Positions 39,118-47,221 of a DNA stretch of 64,000 nucleotides are shown piece by piece. Location of the stretch: the NCBI GenBank assembly GCA_038064855.1, contig JBBTSE010000002.1, positions 72,815-136,814 of the forward strand, written 5' to 3'. The notes beneath the pieces were generated by a model. The model saw only the letters and a list, made by a program, of their open reading frames with translations. It was not told where the DNA came from and ran no database searches. The position numbers and the translations under genes are program-made. The stretch's first letter is position 1; every line of letters begins with the position of its first letter. The stretch comes from Patescibacteria group bacterium (GTDB lineage Bacteria > Patescibacteriota > Minisyncoccia > Ryanbacterales > GWA2-47-10b).

Positions 39118-40101
39118 ACCTATAATGATATCATCTCTCTCGAAAATCTTCTTGAGGCGTGGAGGGAGTTTATCAATGGAAAACGCGGGCGCATTGATGT
39201 CCAGTTGTTTGAGCGCGATTTAATGAAAAACATTATCGCGCTTCATATAGATCTTGTAGGTAAGACTTACAAACATTCATCTTACTACGCATTTAACATC
39301 TCAGATCCCAAACCAAGAAATATACACAAAGCGAGTGTCCGAGATAGATTACTGCATCATGCGTTATACAGAAAACTATACCCATTTTTCGATAGGACTT
39401 TTATAGACGATTCATATTCGTGCAGACTGGGTAAGGGAACGCACAAAGCGATGAATAGATTCCGCTCTTTTGCGCAAAAAACATCAAAAAATTATACCAA
39501 AACAGTTTGGGTTCTGAAGTGTGATATACGGAAGTTCTTTGCCTCAATAGATCAAGAGGCTCTCATTAAGGTTATCGAGAGTTATGTGCCAGACAAAGAT
39601 ATTATTTTGCTTATCTCCGAAGTTGTTGGTAGCTTTCACTCAACGCAAACTGGTGTCGGGCTGCCTCTTGGTAATCTCACAAGCCAGCTTCTCGTAAATA
39701 TTTATATGAACGAGTTTGACCAGTTTATGAAACATAAGCTTAAAGCAAAATATTATATTCGCTACGCCGATGATTTTGTTATTTTTTCTCAAGACAAAAA
39801 ATTGCTTGAAAGTATGATGTTACAAATTCAAAGTTTTCTTTGGGAGCGGCTACGATTGCAACTCCACCCCGATAAGGTATCGATACGCACGGTGGCCTCC
39901 GGCGTTGATTTTCTTGGGTGGGTGTATTTTCCAGATCATCGAGTGTTACGAACGGTTACAAAAAAGAGGATGTTTCGCAACATTGGTATAAGCCAAGGCA
40001 AAAAAGAAACGGTACAGTCGTATCTAGGAACGATACGTCATGGCAATAGCCAGAAGCTTAAAGGCAAAATTGAAGGTTTGATAAATAAAATTTCAGTATA
40101 A
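39097..40101 (+). CDS. DGR reverse transcriptase
   Basis: PKPRNI, RDRLLHHA, SYSCR.GKG.H, KCDIRKFF, GLPLGNLTSQ, YIRYADD, DFLG; no maturase/endonuclease domain. Confidence 0.97.
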   Translation: MKRQFTHTYNDIISLENLLEAWREFINGKRGRIDVQLFERDLMKNIIALHIDLVGKTYKHSSYYAFNISDPKPRNIHKASVRDRLLHHALYRKLYPFFDRTFIDDSYSCRLGKGTHKAMNRFRSFAQKTSKNYTKTVWVLKCDIRKFFASIDQEALIKVIESYVPDKDIILLISEVVGSFHSTQTGVGLPLGNLTSQLLVNIYMNEFDQFMKHKLKAKYYIRYADDFVIFSQDKKLLESMMLQIQSFLWERLRLQLHPDKVSIRTVASGVDFLGWVYFPDHRVLRTVTKKRMFRNIGISQGKKETVQSYLGTIRHGNSQKLKGKIEGLINKISV

Positions 40102-40110
40102 AAAAGTTTG

Positions 40111-40137
40111 GGCCTGCACGCGTGATGCGGGCAGGCC
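40111..40137. terminator. Hairpin after RT (U-tract on minus strand)
   Basis: ggcctgc-acgcgtgatgcgg-gcaggcc preceded by A-run. Confidence 0.5.
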
Positions 40138-40368
40138 ATTGTGCGAGAGAGAATTGTGGAAGGTGCGGTGAGCAGGGGAACTGCAGGGAAGGGGGAGGTG
40201 TGTAGGTGACGCATGGGCGTCAGTGCCGGTGGTGGCCATTACGCTGACCTCGCTCTTCTCTGAATTTCGATGCTCTTAGGATCTGCCTTAAGTATAGAGT
40301 GTAAAAAGTTTTTATGATACCGTTCTCTGTGGAAAACTTTTTCCTGCGCTATACTATCCATATACGCT

Positions 40369-42096
40369 ATGAACAATAAGGATATTTCAGATACACTGTT
40401 TGCTATCGCCGAGTATTTTACGATATTTAATGAGCCGTTTAAGGCGCGCGCGTATGAAAAAGTGGCAGAGACGCTTTCAAGCTTCGAGAGTGATATTCGC
40501 GAACTTTATAAAAATGGCGGATGCAAAGCGCTCGAAGAAATCCCAGGTATCGGCAAGGGAATTGCACAAACAATTGAAGAATATATCAAGACTAGTCGTG
40601 TGCGCGAGCTCGACGCTATGCGCAAAAAAATGCCGGTCAATATGGAAGAGCTGCGCAGTATTGAAGGTATCGGCCCCAAGGCAATAAAAACACTTTATGA
40701 GAAATTAAAAGTAAAAGATGTAGCAAGCTTAAAGAAGGCAGCGCTCGCAGGCAAGATTAGTAAGCTTGAAAAGTTTGGCCTCAAGTCTGAACAAAAGATT
40801 TTAAAAGGCATCGAGTTTTTTGAATCATCACATGGGAGGTTTTTGTTGGGCGAGGCGTTGCCTATCGCACGACGTATCGCGGGTGACTTACGCAAAGTGA
40901 AGGGCGTATCGCGCGTGGAGATTGCGGGATCGATCAGGCGATGGCGCGAGACATCAGGTGATATTGATATCTTGGTAGAGGCGACAAATGCTGACGCGGT
41001 GATGAGCATGTTTGTATCGCGCGAAGATATTGCGCATGTCATCGCACACGGCGAGACAAAAAGTTCAGCGCGCATAAAGGACGGTATTGATGTCGATGTG
41101 CGTGTACTACCCAAAAAATCTTTTGGTGCGGCACTTATTTATTTTACGGGTTCGAAAGATCATAATGTTTTGCTTAGGTCCTTGGCGCTGAAGAAAAAAT
41201 TGAAACTCAACGAATACGGTTTATATCGTGGTACGAAAATAATCGCGGGAGCTACAGAAGAGGAAGTATACAAAGCGCTCGGTGTCTTTATGCCACCACC
41301 CGAACTACGCGAAGGAAAAGATGAGCTCGAAAAAAAATACGGCGGGGTTGTAGATTTTACAGATTTGTGCGGAGATTTTCAAACACAGACTGATTGGACC
41401 GATGGTGCCGATTCTTTAGAGGCGATGGTGCGAGAAGCAAAACGATTGGGTCATGAATACATCGCGATCACGGATCACACCAAGAGTCTCGCGATGACGG
41501 GCGGATCTGATGAAAAAAAATTGCGTAAACAAATACGAGAGATTGGCACGCTCAATAAAAAAATTTCCGGCATCACGATATTGAGTGGTGCAGAGGTAAA
41601 TATTATGCGCGATGGCACGCTTGATATTTCTGACGAAGTTTTATCAGAGCTTGATATCGTGGGTGCTGCTGTTCACTCGCATTTTAATTTGTCAGCAGAG
41701 GAGCAGACCGAGCGCATCATGCGTGCGATGTCCAGCCCGCATGTCGATATTCTTTTTCATCCGACGGGACGCGTTCTCAAAAAAAGAGATCCATATGCAA
41801 TTGATATTGATCGCATCATCGCGCATGCAGTCTCAACTGGCACGGTACTCGAGATTGATGCACATCCGTGGCGACTTGATTTGAAAGATGATCATATTAA
41901 ACGCGCGGTAGATGCGGGCGCGATGTTTAGTATTGATACGGACGCACACTCTCTTGCAGAACTCTCATATTTGGAGTATGGTATAGGACAAGCGCGACGC
42001 GCGGGTCTTCCCAAAAATCGTGTTCTCAATACGCTTGCATTGCCAGCGTTACAAAAATTTTTGGCGACCCCAAAACAAAAGCGTCATCTCTTATGA
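40369..42096 (+). CDS. polX: DNA polymerase X with PHP domain
   Basis: IPGIGK HhH, AGSIRR, GDIDIL, YFTGSKDHN, TDH, HPTGR, DTDAH. Confidence 0.96.
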   Translation: MNNKDISDTLFAIAEYFTIFNEPFKARAYEKVAETLSSFESDIRELYKNGGCKALEEIPGIGKGIAQTIEEYIKTSRVRELDAMRKKMPVNMEELRSIEGIGPKAIKTLYEKLKVKDVASLKKAALAGKISKLEKFGLKSEQKILKGIEFFESSHGRFLLGEALPIARRIAGDLRKVKGVSRVEIAGSIRRWRETSGDIDILVEATNADAVMSMFVSREDIAHVIAHGETKSSARIKDGIDVDVRVLPKKSFGAALIYFTGSKDHNVLLRSLALKKKLKLNEYGLYRGTKIIAGATEEEVYKALGVFMPPPELREGKDELEKKYGGVVDFTDLCGDFQTQTDWTDGADSLEAMVREAKRLGHEYIAITDHTKSLAMTGGSDEKKLRKQIREIGTLNKKISGITILSGAEVNIMRDGTLDISDEVLSELDIVGAAVHSHFNLSAEEQTERIMRAMSSPHVDILFHPTGRVLKKRDPYAIDIDRIIAHAVSTGTVLEIDAHPWRLDLKDDHIKRAVDAGAMFSIDTDAHSLAELSYLEYGIGQARRAGLPKNRVLNTLALPALQKFLATPKQKRHLL

Positions 42097-42569
42097 CTGA
42101 AAAAAAAATAATAGTAGAGCGATCTGCGGGAGCTATCATATTCCGGCGGCAGGGTGGGCGCGTTTGGTATGTGCTTCTTCAGTATGCGACGCGCAATCAT
42201 TGGACCTTTCCGCGCGGGCGACTCGAAGAAGGTGAGCGACCCATTGATGCGGCGCGCCGAGAGATCGAAGAGGAGACAGGCATCTCGCGTGTAAAATTTA
42301 TCCCCGGATACAAAGAAACGATTCACTTTCACTACCAGTGGCCACCCAAAACCGAAGGGGCCGAGCAACGGCTCAAGTTTATCACCTTCTATTTGGGTGA
42401 AGTATTTGGCCGCACTATCAAAATATCGGAAGAGCACAAGAGCTTTGTGTGGGCGCCGTTTGAAAAAGCTATGAAAATCATCAAACATAAGAATAGCAGG
42501 GAGCTGCTCAAGAAAGCTCATATGAAAATTATTCGCATGGACGTAAAAAAGCCACCTTTGGTATCATAA
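42093..42569 (+). CDS. NUDIX hydrolase (Ap4A hydrolase-like)
   Basis: GRLEEGE...AARREIEEETG Nudix box; SAGAI, ISEEH. Confidence 0.92.
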   Translation: MTEKKIIVERSAGAIIFRRQGGRVWYVLLQYATRNHWTFPRGRLEEGERPIDAARREIEEETGISRVKFIPGYKETIHFHYQWPPKTEGAEQRLKFITFYLGEVFGRTIKISEEHKSFVWAPFEKAMKIIKHKNSRELLKKAHMKIIRMDVKKPPLVS

Positions 42570-42573
42570 AACT

Positions 42574-43308
42574 ATGCTTCTCTCTATCCTTGTAGCCAGT
42601 ATTCTTGAGTCTTTAGTGTCATTTCTGGCTGGCGTAGCCGTTATTTATAACGAAAAGCGCATGAAGAGTCTTGTGCATGGCGTCATCAGTCTTGCGGTTG
42701 GTGTGATGCTCGGTACGGTCTTTTTCGATATTTTACCCGAGACATTTGAGCTCATAGAGCCGAAAGCGGCGTTACCGTGGGTACTCGGGGGTTTTCTGGT
42801 CTTTTTTGTGCTCGAAAAAATTCTTTTTTGGTATCATCGCCATGAAAATGAAGAGAGTATTCATGCATCGGCTTATCTTGTACTGTGGGGCGATGCCTTG
42901 CATAACTTTATTGATGGCGTATTTATAGCTTTTGCGTTTGCAGCGGGGTTTCCTACGGGTGTTATCGCCTCGTTTGCGGTTATTTTGCACGAGATCCCAC
43001 AAGAAGCGAGTGATTTTACCGTTATGCTCCATGGGGGATTCACCAAGCAAAAGGCACTCTTTTGGAATACATTTGTCTCGATAACTACGGTTGTCGGTGC
43101 ACTCGTGGGCTACTATGTGGCTCTTTCTCACGAATGGATTGGTTTTTTGCTCGCTGTTGTTGCGGGCAACTTTCTATATATAGCGGCCGCCGACCTCATA
43201 CCCGAGCTTCATCATAAGCACGATTCGCGCTCGTCGGTCGCCCAAGTACTCTTGGTGTTTGTAGGGGTGTTCGTTATAGTCTTTGCTCTTACGGTAATTC
43301 CTGAATAA
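42574..43308 (+). CDS. ZIP family metal transporter
   Basis: GDALHNFIDG, HEIPQE, DLIPEL. Confidence 0.95.
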   Translation: MLLSILVASILESLVSFLAGVAVIYNEKRMKSLVHGVISLAVGVMLGTVFFDILPETFELIEPKAALPWVLGGFLVFFVLEKILFWYHRHENEESIHASAYLVLWGDALHNFIDGVFIAFAFAAGFPTGVIASFAVILHEIPQEASDFTVMLHGGFTKQKALFWNTFVSITTVVGALVGYYVALSHEWIGFLLAVVAGNFLYIAAADLIPELHHKHDSRSSVAQVLLVFVGVFVIVFALTVIPE

Positions 43309-43316
43309 TATATTTT

Positions 43317-43350
43317 AAACAAAAAATCCCCGTACGGGGATTTTTTGTTT
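43317..43350. terminator. Bidirectional terminator
   Basis: aaacaaaaaatcccc-gtac-ggggattttttgttt between convergent genes. Confidence 0.85.
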
Positions 43351-43364
43351 GGTTTACCTTCAGT

Positions 43365-43709
43365 TTACTTTGCCTCCGCGAGGATTTTCTCAAATGCTTT
43401 GGGGTGATGCTCGGCGAGTGTCGAGAGGATCTTGCGATCGATCTTGATGTCAGCCTTTATGAGCGCTCCCATGAGTTTGCTATAAGAGGTGCCGGAAAGC
43501 TTCGCCGCAGCGCTAATCTTTACATTCCAACCTTTGCGCATGACGCGCTTTTTCTTGCGTCTGTCTTGGAATGAGTGGGTGTAGGCATGTAAGAGCGCCT
43601 CTTTGGCGGCGCGCTCTTTTTTACTCCGCTGCCAGCGGAATCCTTTGGTTTGTTTGAGGACGGATCGGCGTCGCTTGAGAGCGCCAACGCCTCGTTTTAC
43701 GCGTGTCAT
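43365..43709 (-). CDS. rplT: 50S ribosomal protein L20
   Basis: MTRVKRG, DRRKKKR, IDRKIL. Confidence 0.98.
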   Translation of the reverse strand: MTRVKRGVGALKRRRSVLKQTKGFRWQRSKKERAAKEALLHAYTHSFQDRRKKKRVMRKGWNVKISAAAKLSGTSYSKLMGALIKADIKIDRKILSTLAEHHPKAFEKILAEAK

Positions 43710-43718
43710 GGTAGTGGT

Positions 43719-43907
43719 TTAGGTGTTTGGGAGATAACGATTTTTGATAATTTTACCAAAAGAAAACTCTTTTGTTTTTTTGTTTGCCATTTGCCGTGAA
43801 CGGCTCTTTTTAGCGCTAAAGTGGTTTTGATGCGGTCGGCGCTTGAGCACCTTCCCGTTTTTGGTCACTCGCACTCGCCGCAATACTGCTTTGTTTGTTT
43901 TTGCCAT
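43719..43907 (-). CDS. rpmI: 50S ribosomal protein L35
   Basis: KTNKA..RR.RVT.NGK, NH; between infC and rplT. Confidence 0.93.
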   Translation of the reverse strand: MAKTNKAVLRRVRVTKNGKVLKRRPHQNHFSAKKSRSRQMANKKTKEFSFGKIIKNRYLPNT

Positions 43908-44418
43908 GATGTTCGGGTTCTATAGTCATAAGGAGTCCACGGGGACCTTTTTTGGGCTGTTCTGCAATCTTGTGGGGGACCGTAATCGCCTCAAGAAGCT
44001 TGGTGAGCCTGTCGTGGACAAAATTTTTATCAATATATTTTTCTCGGCCTCGTAAGGTGAGCTGTATTTGAAGGCGGTGACCCGCTTTCAAAAACTTTTC
44101 TGCTTGTTTGGCTTTCATGACGAGGTCATGCGAACCGGTGCCGAGGCGCACGCGGATGCCTTTTATCTCAACTTCGTGCGACTTCTTTTTTGTTTTACGA
44201 GCCTCTTTTTCCTGCTGGTACTGGTATTTGCCCCAATCCATAATGCGTGCCACCGGCGGCTTTGCCGTAGGTGAAATCTCGATAAGGTCGAGGCCTGCCT
44301 CATGTGCAAGTGCGAGTGCCTCGTCTCTCGATTTGATGCCGACATTATCACCTGTAGCGCCGATGACTCGGAGCTCAGGGGCGGAAATCGCTTGATTGAT
44401 GCGTATTCGTGGTACCAA
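43816..44418 (-). CDS. infC: Translation initiation factor IF-3 (non-AUG start)
   Basis: RINQAI, LDLIEISP, PPVARIMDWGKY, RGRE. Confidence 0.95.
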   Translation of the reverse strand: MVPRIRINQAISAPELRVIGATGDNVGIKSRDEALALAHEAGLDLIEISPTAKPPVARIMDWGKYQYQQEKEARKTKKKSHEVEIKGIRVRLGTGSHDLVMKAKQAEKFLKAGHRLQIQLTLRGREKYIDKNFVHDRLTKLLEAITVPHKIAEQPKKGPRGLLMTIEPEHHGKNKQSSIAASASDQKREGAQAPTASKPL

Positions 44419-44522
44419 TGTTCCTATAGTGTAAGGATATTCAGCTCGAAAGTCAAGAGTAGAGACCGGCTATCAACAGGCCCAGTTGGCATGTGATTGT
44501 TTGCCTATTACTATTAGAAGAT

Positions 44523-44681
44523 ATGGATAGTATGATTCGCGACAGGTGGTTTTTCTGGGCTGTCTCGCTCATCGTTATCGTCGGGTTTAGTTTGTGGGGG
44601 TACATTCAGTACACCATTCTCGAGATTGATAATGAAATGAGTGAGGTGGCATTTGCCGAGGTCTCGCGCCCAAACCGCTAA
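44523..44681 (+). CDS. Small single-TM protein
   Basis: DRWFFWAV plus TM, similar to N-terminus of the 24475 protein. Confidence 0.6.
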   Translation: MDSMIRDRWFFWAVSLIVIVGFSLWGYIQYTILEIDNEMSEVAFAEVSRPNR

Positions 44682-44698
44682 CTGAATATAAAGAAAAG

Positions 44699-44726
44699 AG
44701 CGCCGCCGAATGAGTTCGGCGGCGCT
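44699..44726. terminator. Bidirectional terminator
   Basis: agcgccgccgaa-tgag-ttcggcggcgct. Confidence 0.75.
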
Positions 44727-44735
44727 TTACGGCGT

Positions 44736-45026
44736 CTAGGCCGCAAGTAGTCTCTCGACGGCAGGAGCCACATAGTCCCACGGGATGTCAGTGCGCTTGT
44801 AGACGATCACCATGAACTGGTGGACTTCGATGGCGCCTACGCCATCAATCTCGAGGATCGAGGCGAGGAACTTTGCCCAGCGCTCTCCCGTGAATCGTGC
44901 GACGAGCGTGGAGTCGACCTTGCCGTTGTCACTGGAAAAGAGCATGCAGGGGCTTGCGGTGACGGGGATCCGCGCGGTTGTTGGAAATTCCCGATGGTCA
45001 TAGTTGCATTCATGTTCGAGATCCAT
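44736..45026 (-). CDS. Small protein resembling NifU/Nfu N-terminal domain
   Basis: ILEIDGV..I......V.VYK.....W..V.P.VE.LL pattern; GGAGG SD. Confidence 0.6.
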   Translation of the reverse strand: MDLEHECNYDHREFPTTARIPVTASPCMLFSSDNGKVDSTLVARFTGERWAKFLASILEIDGVGAIEVHQFMVIVYKRTDIPWDYVAPAVERLLAA

Positions 45027-45171
45027 GAGCACCTCCGTAGCGTGTTTATATCTTTATAGCGCTCTAGGGGACAGTTTTCAAGACGATACTTGCGCTTTCT
45101 AGTCGTGGATGCTTTTGTAGTACATAGAGATTCAGCAACCACGCACGGTGCGTGTGGGAGGAATCATGAAC

Positions 45172-45465
45172 CTACCGGAAGGATATATCAGTATCAAGAC
45201 ATTGCTCGATGCGATCGCGCACCACGAGCAGAAAGCGTATGAAGCTCGTCCTATACCTGGTGACGGGGAGCCCCCGACTTTCGTATGTAGGAATTGCAAT
45301 GAGCCCGTGCGTCATGTGTCGTGATCGTTCCGCGTGCATGGCGATCGTCGCGTTGGATTTGTGTTGTTCAGGCGTCTCGAGCACTACGGTTACTACAAGG
45401 TGGTGCACATTCCGTACTGCCCTGCATGTGAAAGTGTGCCTACCGCCGCCGAGCTCGAGCTCCAT
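45172..45465 (-). CDS. Hypothetical protein
   Basis: 97-aa ORF filling the gap; no motif. Confidence 0.35.
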   Translation of the reverse strand: MELELGGGRHTFTCRAVRNVHHLVVTVVLETPEQHKSNATIAMHAERSRHMTHGLIAIPTYESRGLPVTRYRTSFIRFLLVVRDRIEQCLDTDISFR

Positions 45466-45562
45466 GAGTAAAGCCGATCTACCATCAGATAGATCGGCTT
45501 TTTCTTTTCAAAAAGTTATCCAATGCTGACACGGAGGGTAGTTGTAGTGTAAGGTGGGCATT

Positions 45563-45916
45563 ATGAAAAGTGCTCAAGAAATATTTAACCGCATCCAAGA
45601 CATCAAGCGTGAACAGCGCGATTTAAAAGGTTCGTACAAAGACGCACTCGAAAATGCTACAGGGTATCGCGAGATTGTGCAGGAATACAACAAGATCCGC
45701 GACAAAAAAGTATCGATCGAACAAAAGATAAAGCGTGAATCAGCCGCAGAGTTCGCCAAGCTCGAGAGTATGAAAAATAATCTCAAGGGTGATCAAGAAA
45801 TGCTGAGCGACATCACGCTCACTCATATGATGAAAGGGGAGCATGTCGAGATTACTGATGAGCACGCAAATCAATACGAGCCAGTATTTTCGGTGAAGTT
45901 TAAGAAGAAAGGGTAA
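45563..45916 (+). CDS. Hypothetical coiled-coil protein
   Basis: YKDAL...SDI.L...MKGE.V...D....YEP.FSVKFKK; host-like codon usage. Confidence 0.8.
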   Translation: MKSAQEIFNRIQDIKREQRDLKGSYKDALENATGYREIVQEYNKIRDKKVSIEQKIKRESAAEFAKLESMKNNLKGDQEMLSDITLTHMMKGEHVEITDEHANQYEPVFSVKFKKKG

Positions 45917-45920
45917 GAGT

Positions 45921-46181
45921 TTATTGATAAAAAATGCCCCGCTCGAGCATGTGCTCGAACGGGGCTTGGGTCTTATCCGGCGGCAGGCGCCTCCTTAGGG
46001 CTGCCCGTTCCAGGGATGGGCGCGCCGCGGACCGGAATGTCCGAGGTCTCGGCGCGCGGGGCGATGCCCCGCGCGCCAGGAAGGCTTTGCGCGCGCGGGC
46101 GCGGTCACCCGGCTTCGGAGGGCAGAAGCCCTGTTTGTGCTCCCTGCCGGATGCTCCGCATTTACTGCATCGTGCCATCAT
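45921..46181 (-). CDS. Small basic protein with CxxC-x6-H-x4-C knuckle
   Basis: GAGGTG SD; MMARCSKCGASGREHKQGFC then Arg-rich; GC-rich. Confidence 0.45.
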   Translation of the reverse strand: MMARCSKCGASGREHKQGFCPPKPGDRARARKAFLARGASPRAPRPRTFRSAARPSLERAALRRRLPPDKTQAPFEHMLERGIFYQ

Positions 46182-46272
46182 CACCTCATGGTTGGTGAGA
46201 GGGTGATCGAAAGCCACTCTCACATGTGAACTCTGGGAAATACTTTATACTAAATATAATATTTTGTCAAAC

Positions 46273-46300
46273 AAAAAGCCTGATCTACATCAGGCTTTTT
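46273..46300 (-). terminator. Terminator after tmRNA
   Basis: aaaaagcctgat-ctac-atcaggcttttt. Confidence 0.8.
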
Positions 46301-46309
46301 ATTTTTTTG

Positions 46310-46662
46310 TGGAAGTGGGCGGAATTGAACCGCCGTCCGAAAGTTCTTCTCAATAAAAATTTATACAGGCGTACTTAGGACGAACCCAAGAGTTTGCTCG
46401 ATTAGTTTCGCGCGCGTGTATCGAGCATGATGCGCACTAGCTGAGGATTATAACACCGGCATTCCACGCACTCAGCGGTTGCGGACCGATGCTCTGGCGC
46501 ATAGTGGCCAGAGAAACGCCTACGGCTTAGGCAAAAGCCATTGCCGGTTGGCGGTTAAATAAGTTTGCACTTATTGGCGTGTGGCATTTTTGGAAGAGGT
46601 GACCACACCTGCTCTTGCCTGATTTTCAAAGAGTCGAGACCCCGTCGAGGCCTGTCACTCCC
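46310..46662 (-). ncRNA. ssrA: tmRNA; tag peptide ANLFNRQPAMAFA*
   Basis: 5' GGGAGTG..TCGAC; 3' T-arm GGTTCAATTCC plus CACTTCCA; G3-U pair; tag ORF ending AFA-stop; directly after smpB. Confidence 0.96.
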
Positions 46663-46725
46663 AAAACATGCTGGGAGCACGTTTTGAATCGCGCTCATGG
46701 CGTTTTTTGGAAGCACCAAACTGCT

Positions 46726-47166
46726 TTAGTATTTTTTCAATTCTCGAGAAATTGATCGTTTGACCTCGCGTTTTTTGATTGTTTCGCGCTTGTCAAAGTT
46801 TCGTTTTCCGCGTGCCACACCAAATTCTAGCTTGATGGTACGGGCTTTATTATACAACTTAATTGGTACCAATGTCAAGCCCTTCTCGTGTTCTTTGCCG
46901 GCAAGGTACGAAAGCTCTTTTTTGTGAAGCAATAGCTTGCGCGTACGGTCAGGATCATATGACGGCGGGGTATTGGGCTGTTGGTAGGGGGGGATGCTGG
47001 CACCCACCAAAAATGCCTCACCTCCGCGGATGATGACGCGCGCGCCCTCCAGATGAGCGTTGCCCGCGCGTATTGATTTAACCTCAAAGCCAAAAAGCTC
47101 GATGCCTGCCTCATAGGTTTCGAGTATCTCGTAGTCAAAGTGTACTTTTTTGTTTTGCGTAGTCAT
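46726..47166 (-). CDS. smpB: SsrA-binding protein
   Basis: YEAGIEL.G.EVKSIR, RTRKLLLHK, DKRE. Confidence 0.98.
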   Translation of the reverse strand: MTTQNKKVHFDYEILETYEAGIELFGFEVKSIRAGNAHLEGARVIIRGGEAFLVGASIPPYQQPNTPPSYDPDRTRKLLLHKKELSYLAGKEHEKGLTLVPIKLYNKARTIKLEFGVARGKRNFDKRETIKKREVKRSISRELKKY

Positions 47167-47221
47167 CGCTTCTTCAATATAGAACAAATACGGTTTTTGC
47201 GTTAGAGTAGTGCTTACTGAC

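Larger units (their letters stand above)
37358..40101. mobile_element. Diversity-generating retroelement (target-VR, TR, avd, RT)
   Basis: VR/TR pair with adenine-specific mismatches, DGR-type RT and Avd-like gene within 2.8 kb. Confidence 0.97.

Noticed and set aside
39097-40101. RT as group II intron, retron or CRISPR-associated RT
   Set aside because: Short RT with no maturase or endonuclease domain; TR/VR pair and avd identify a DGR
44420-46310. Prophage or integrative island at the tmRNA 3' end
   Set aside because: No integrase, no duplicated tmRNA 3' fragment, no phage structural genes
46310-46340. T-arm motif as a tRNA gene
   Set aside because: It is the 3' tRNA-like domain of tmRNA; no other tRNA or rRNA was seen in the window
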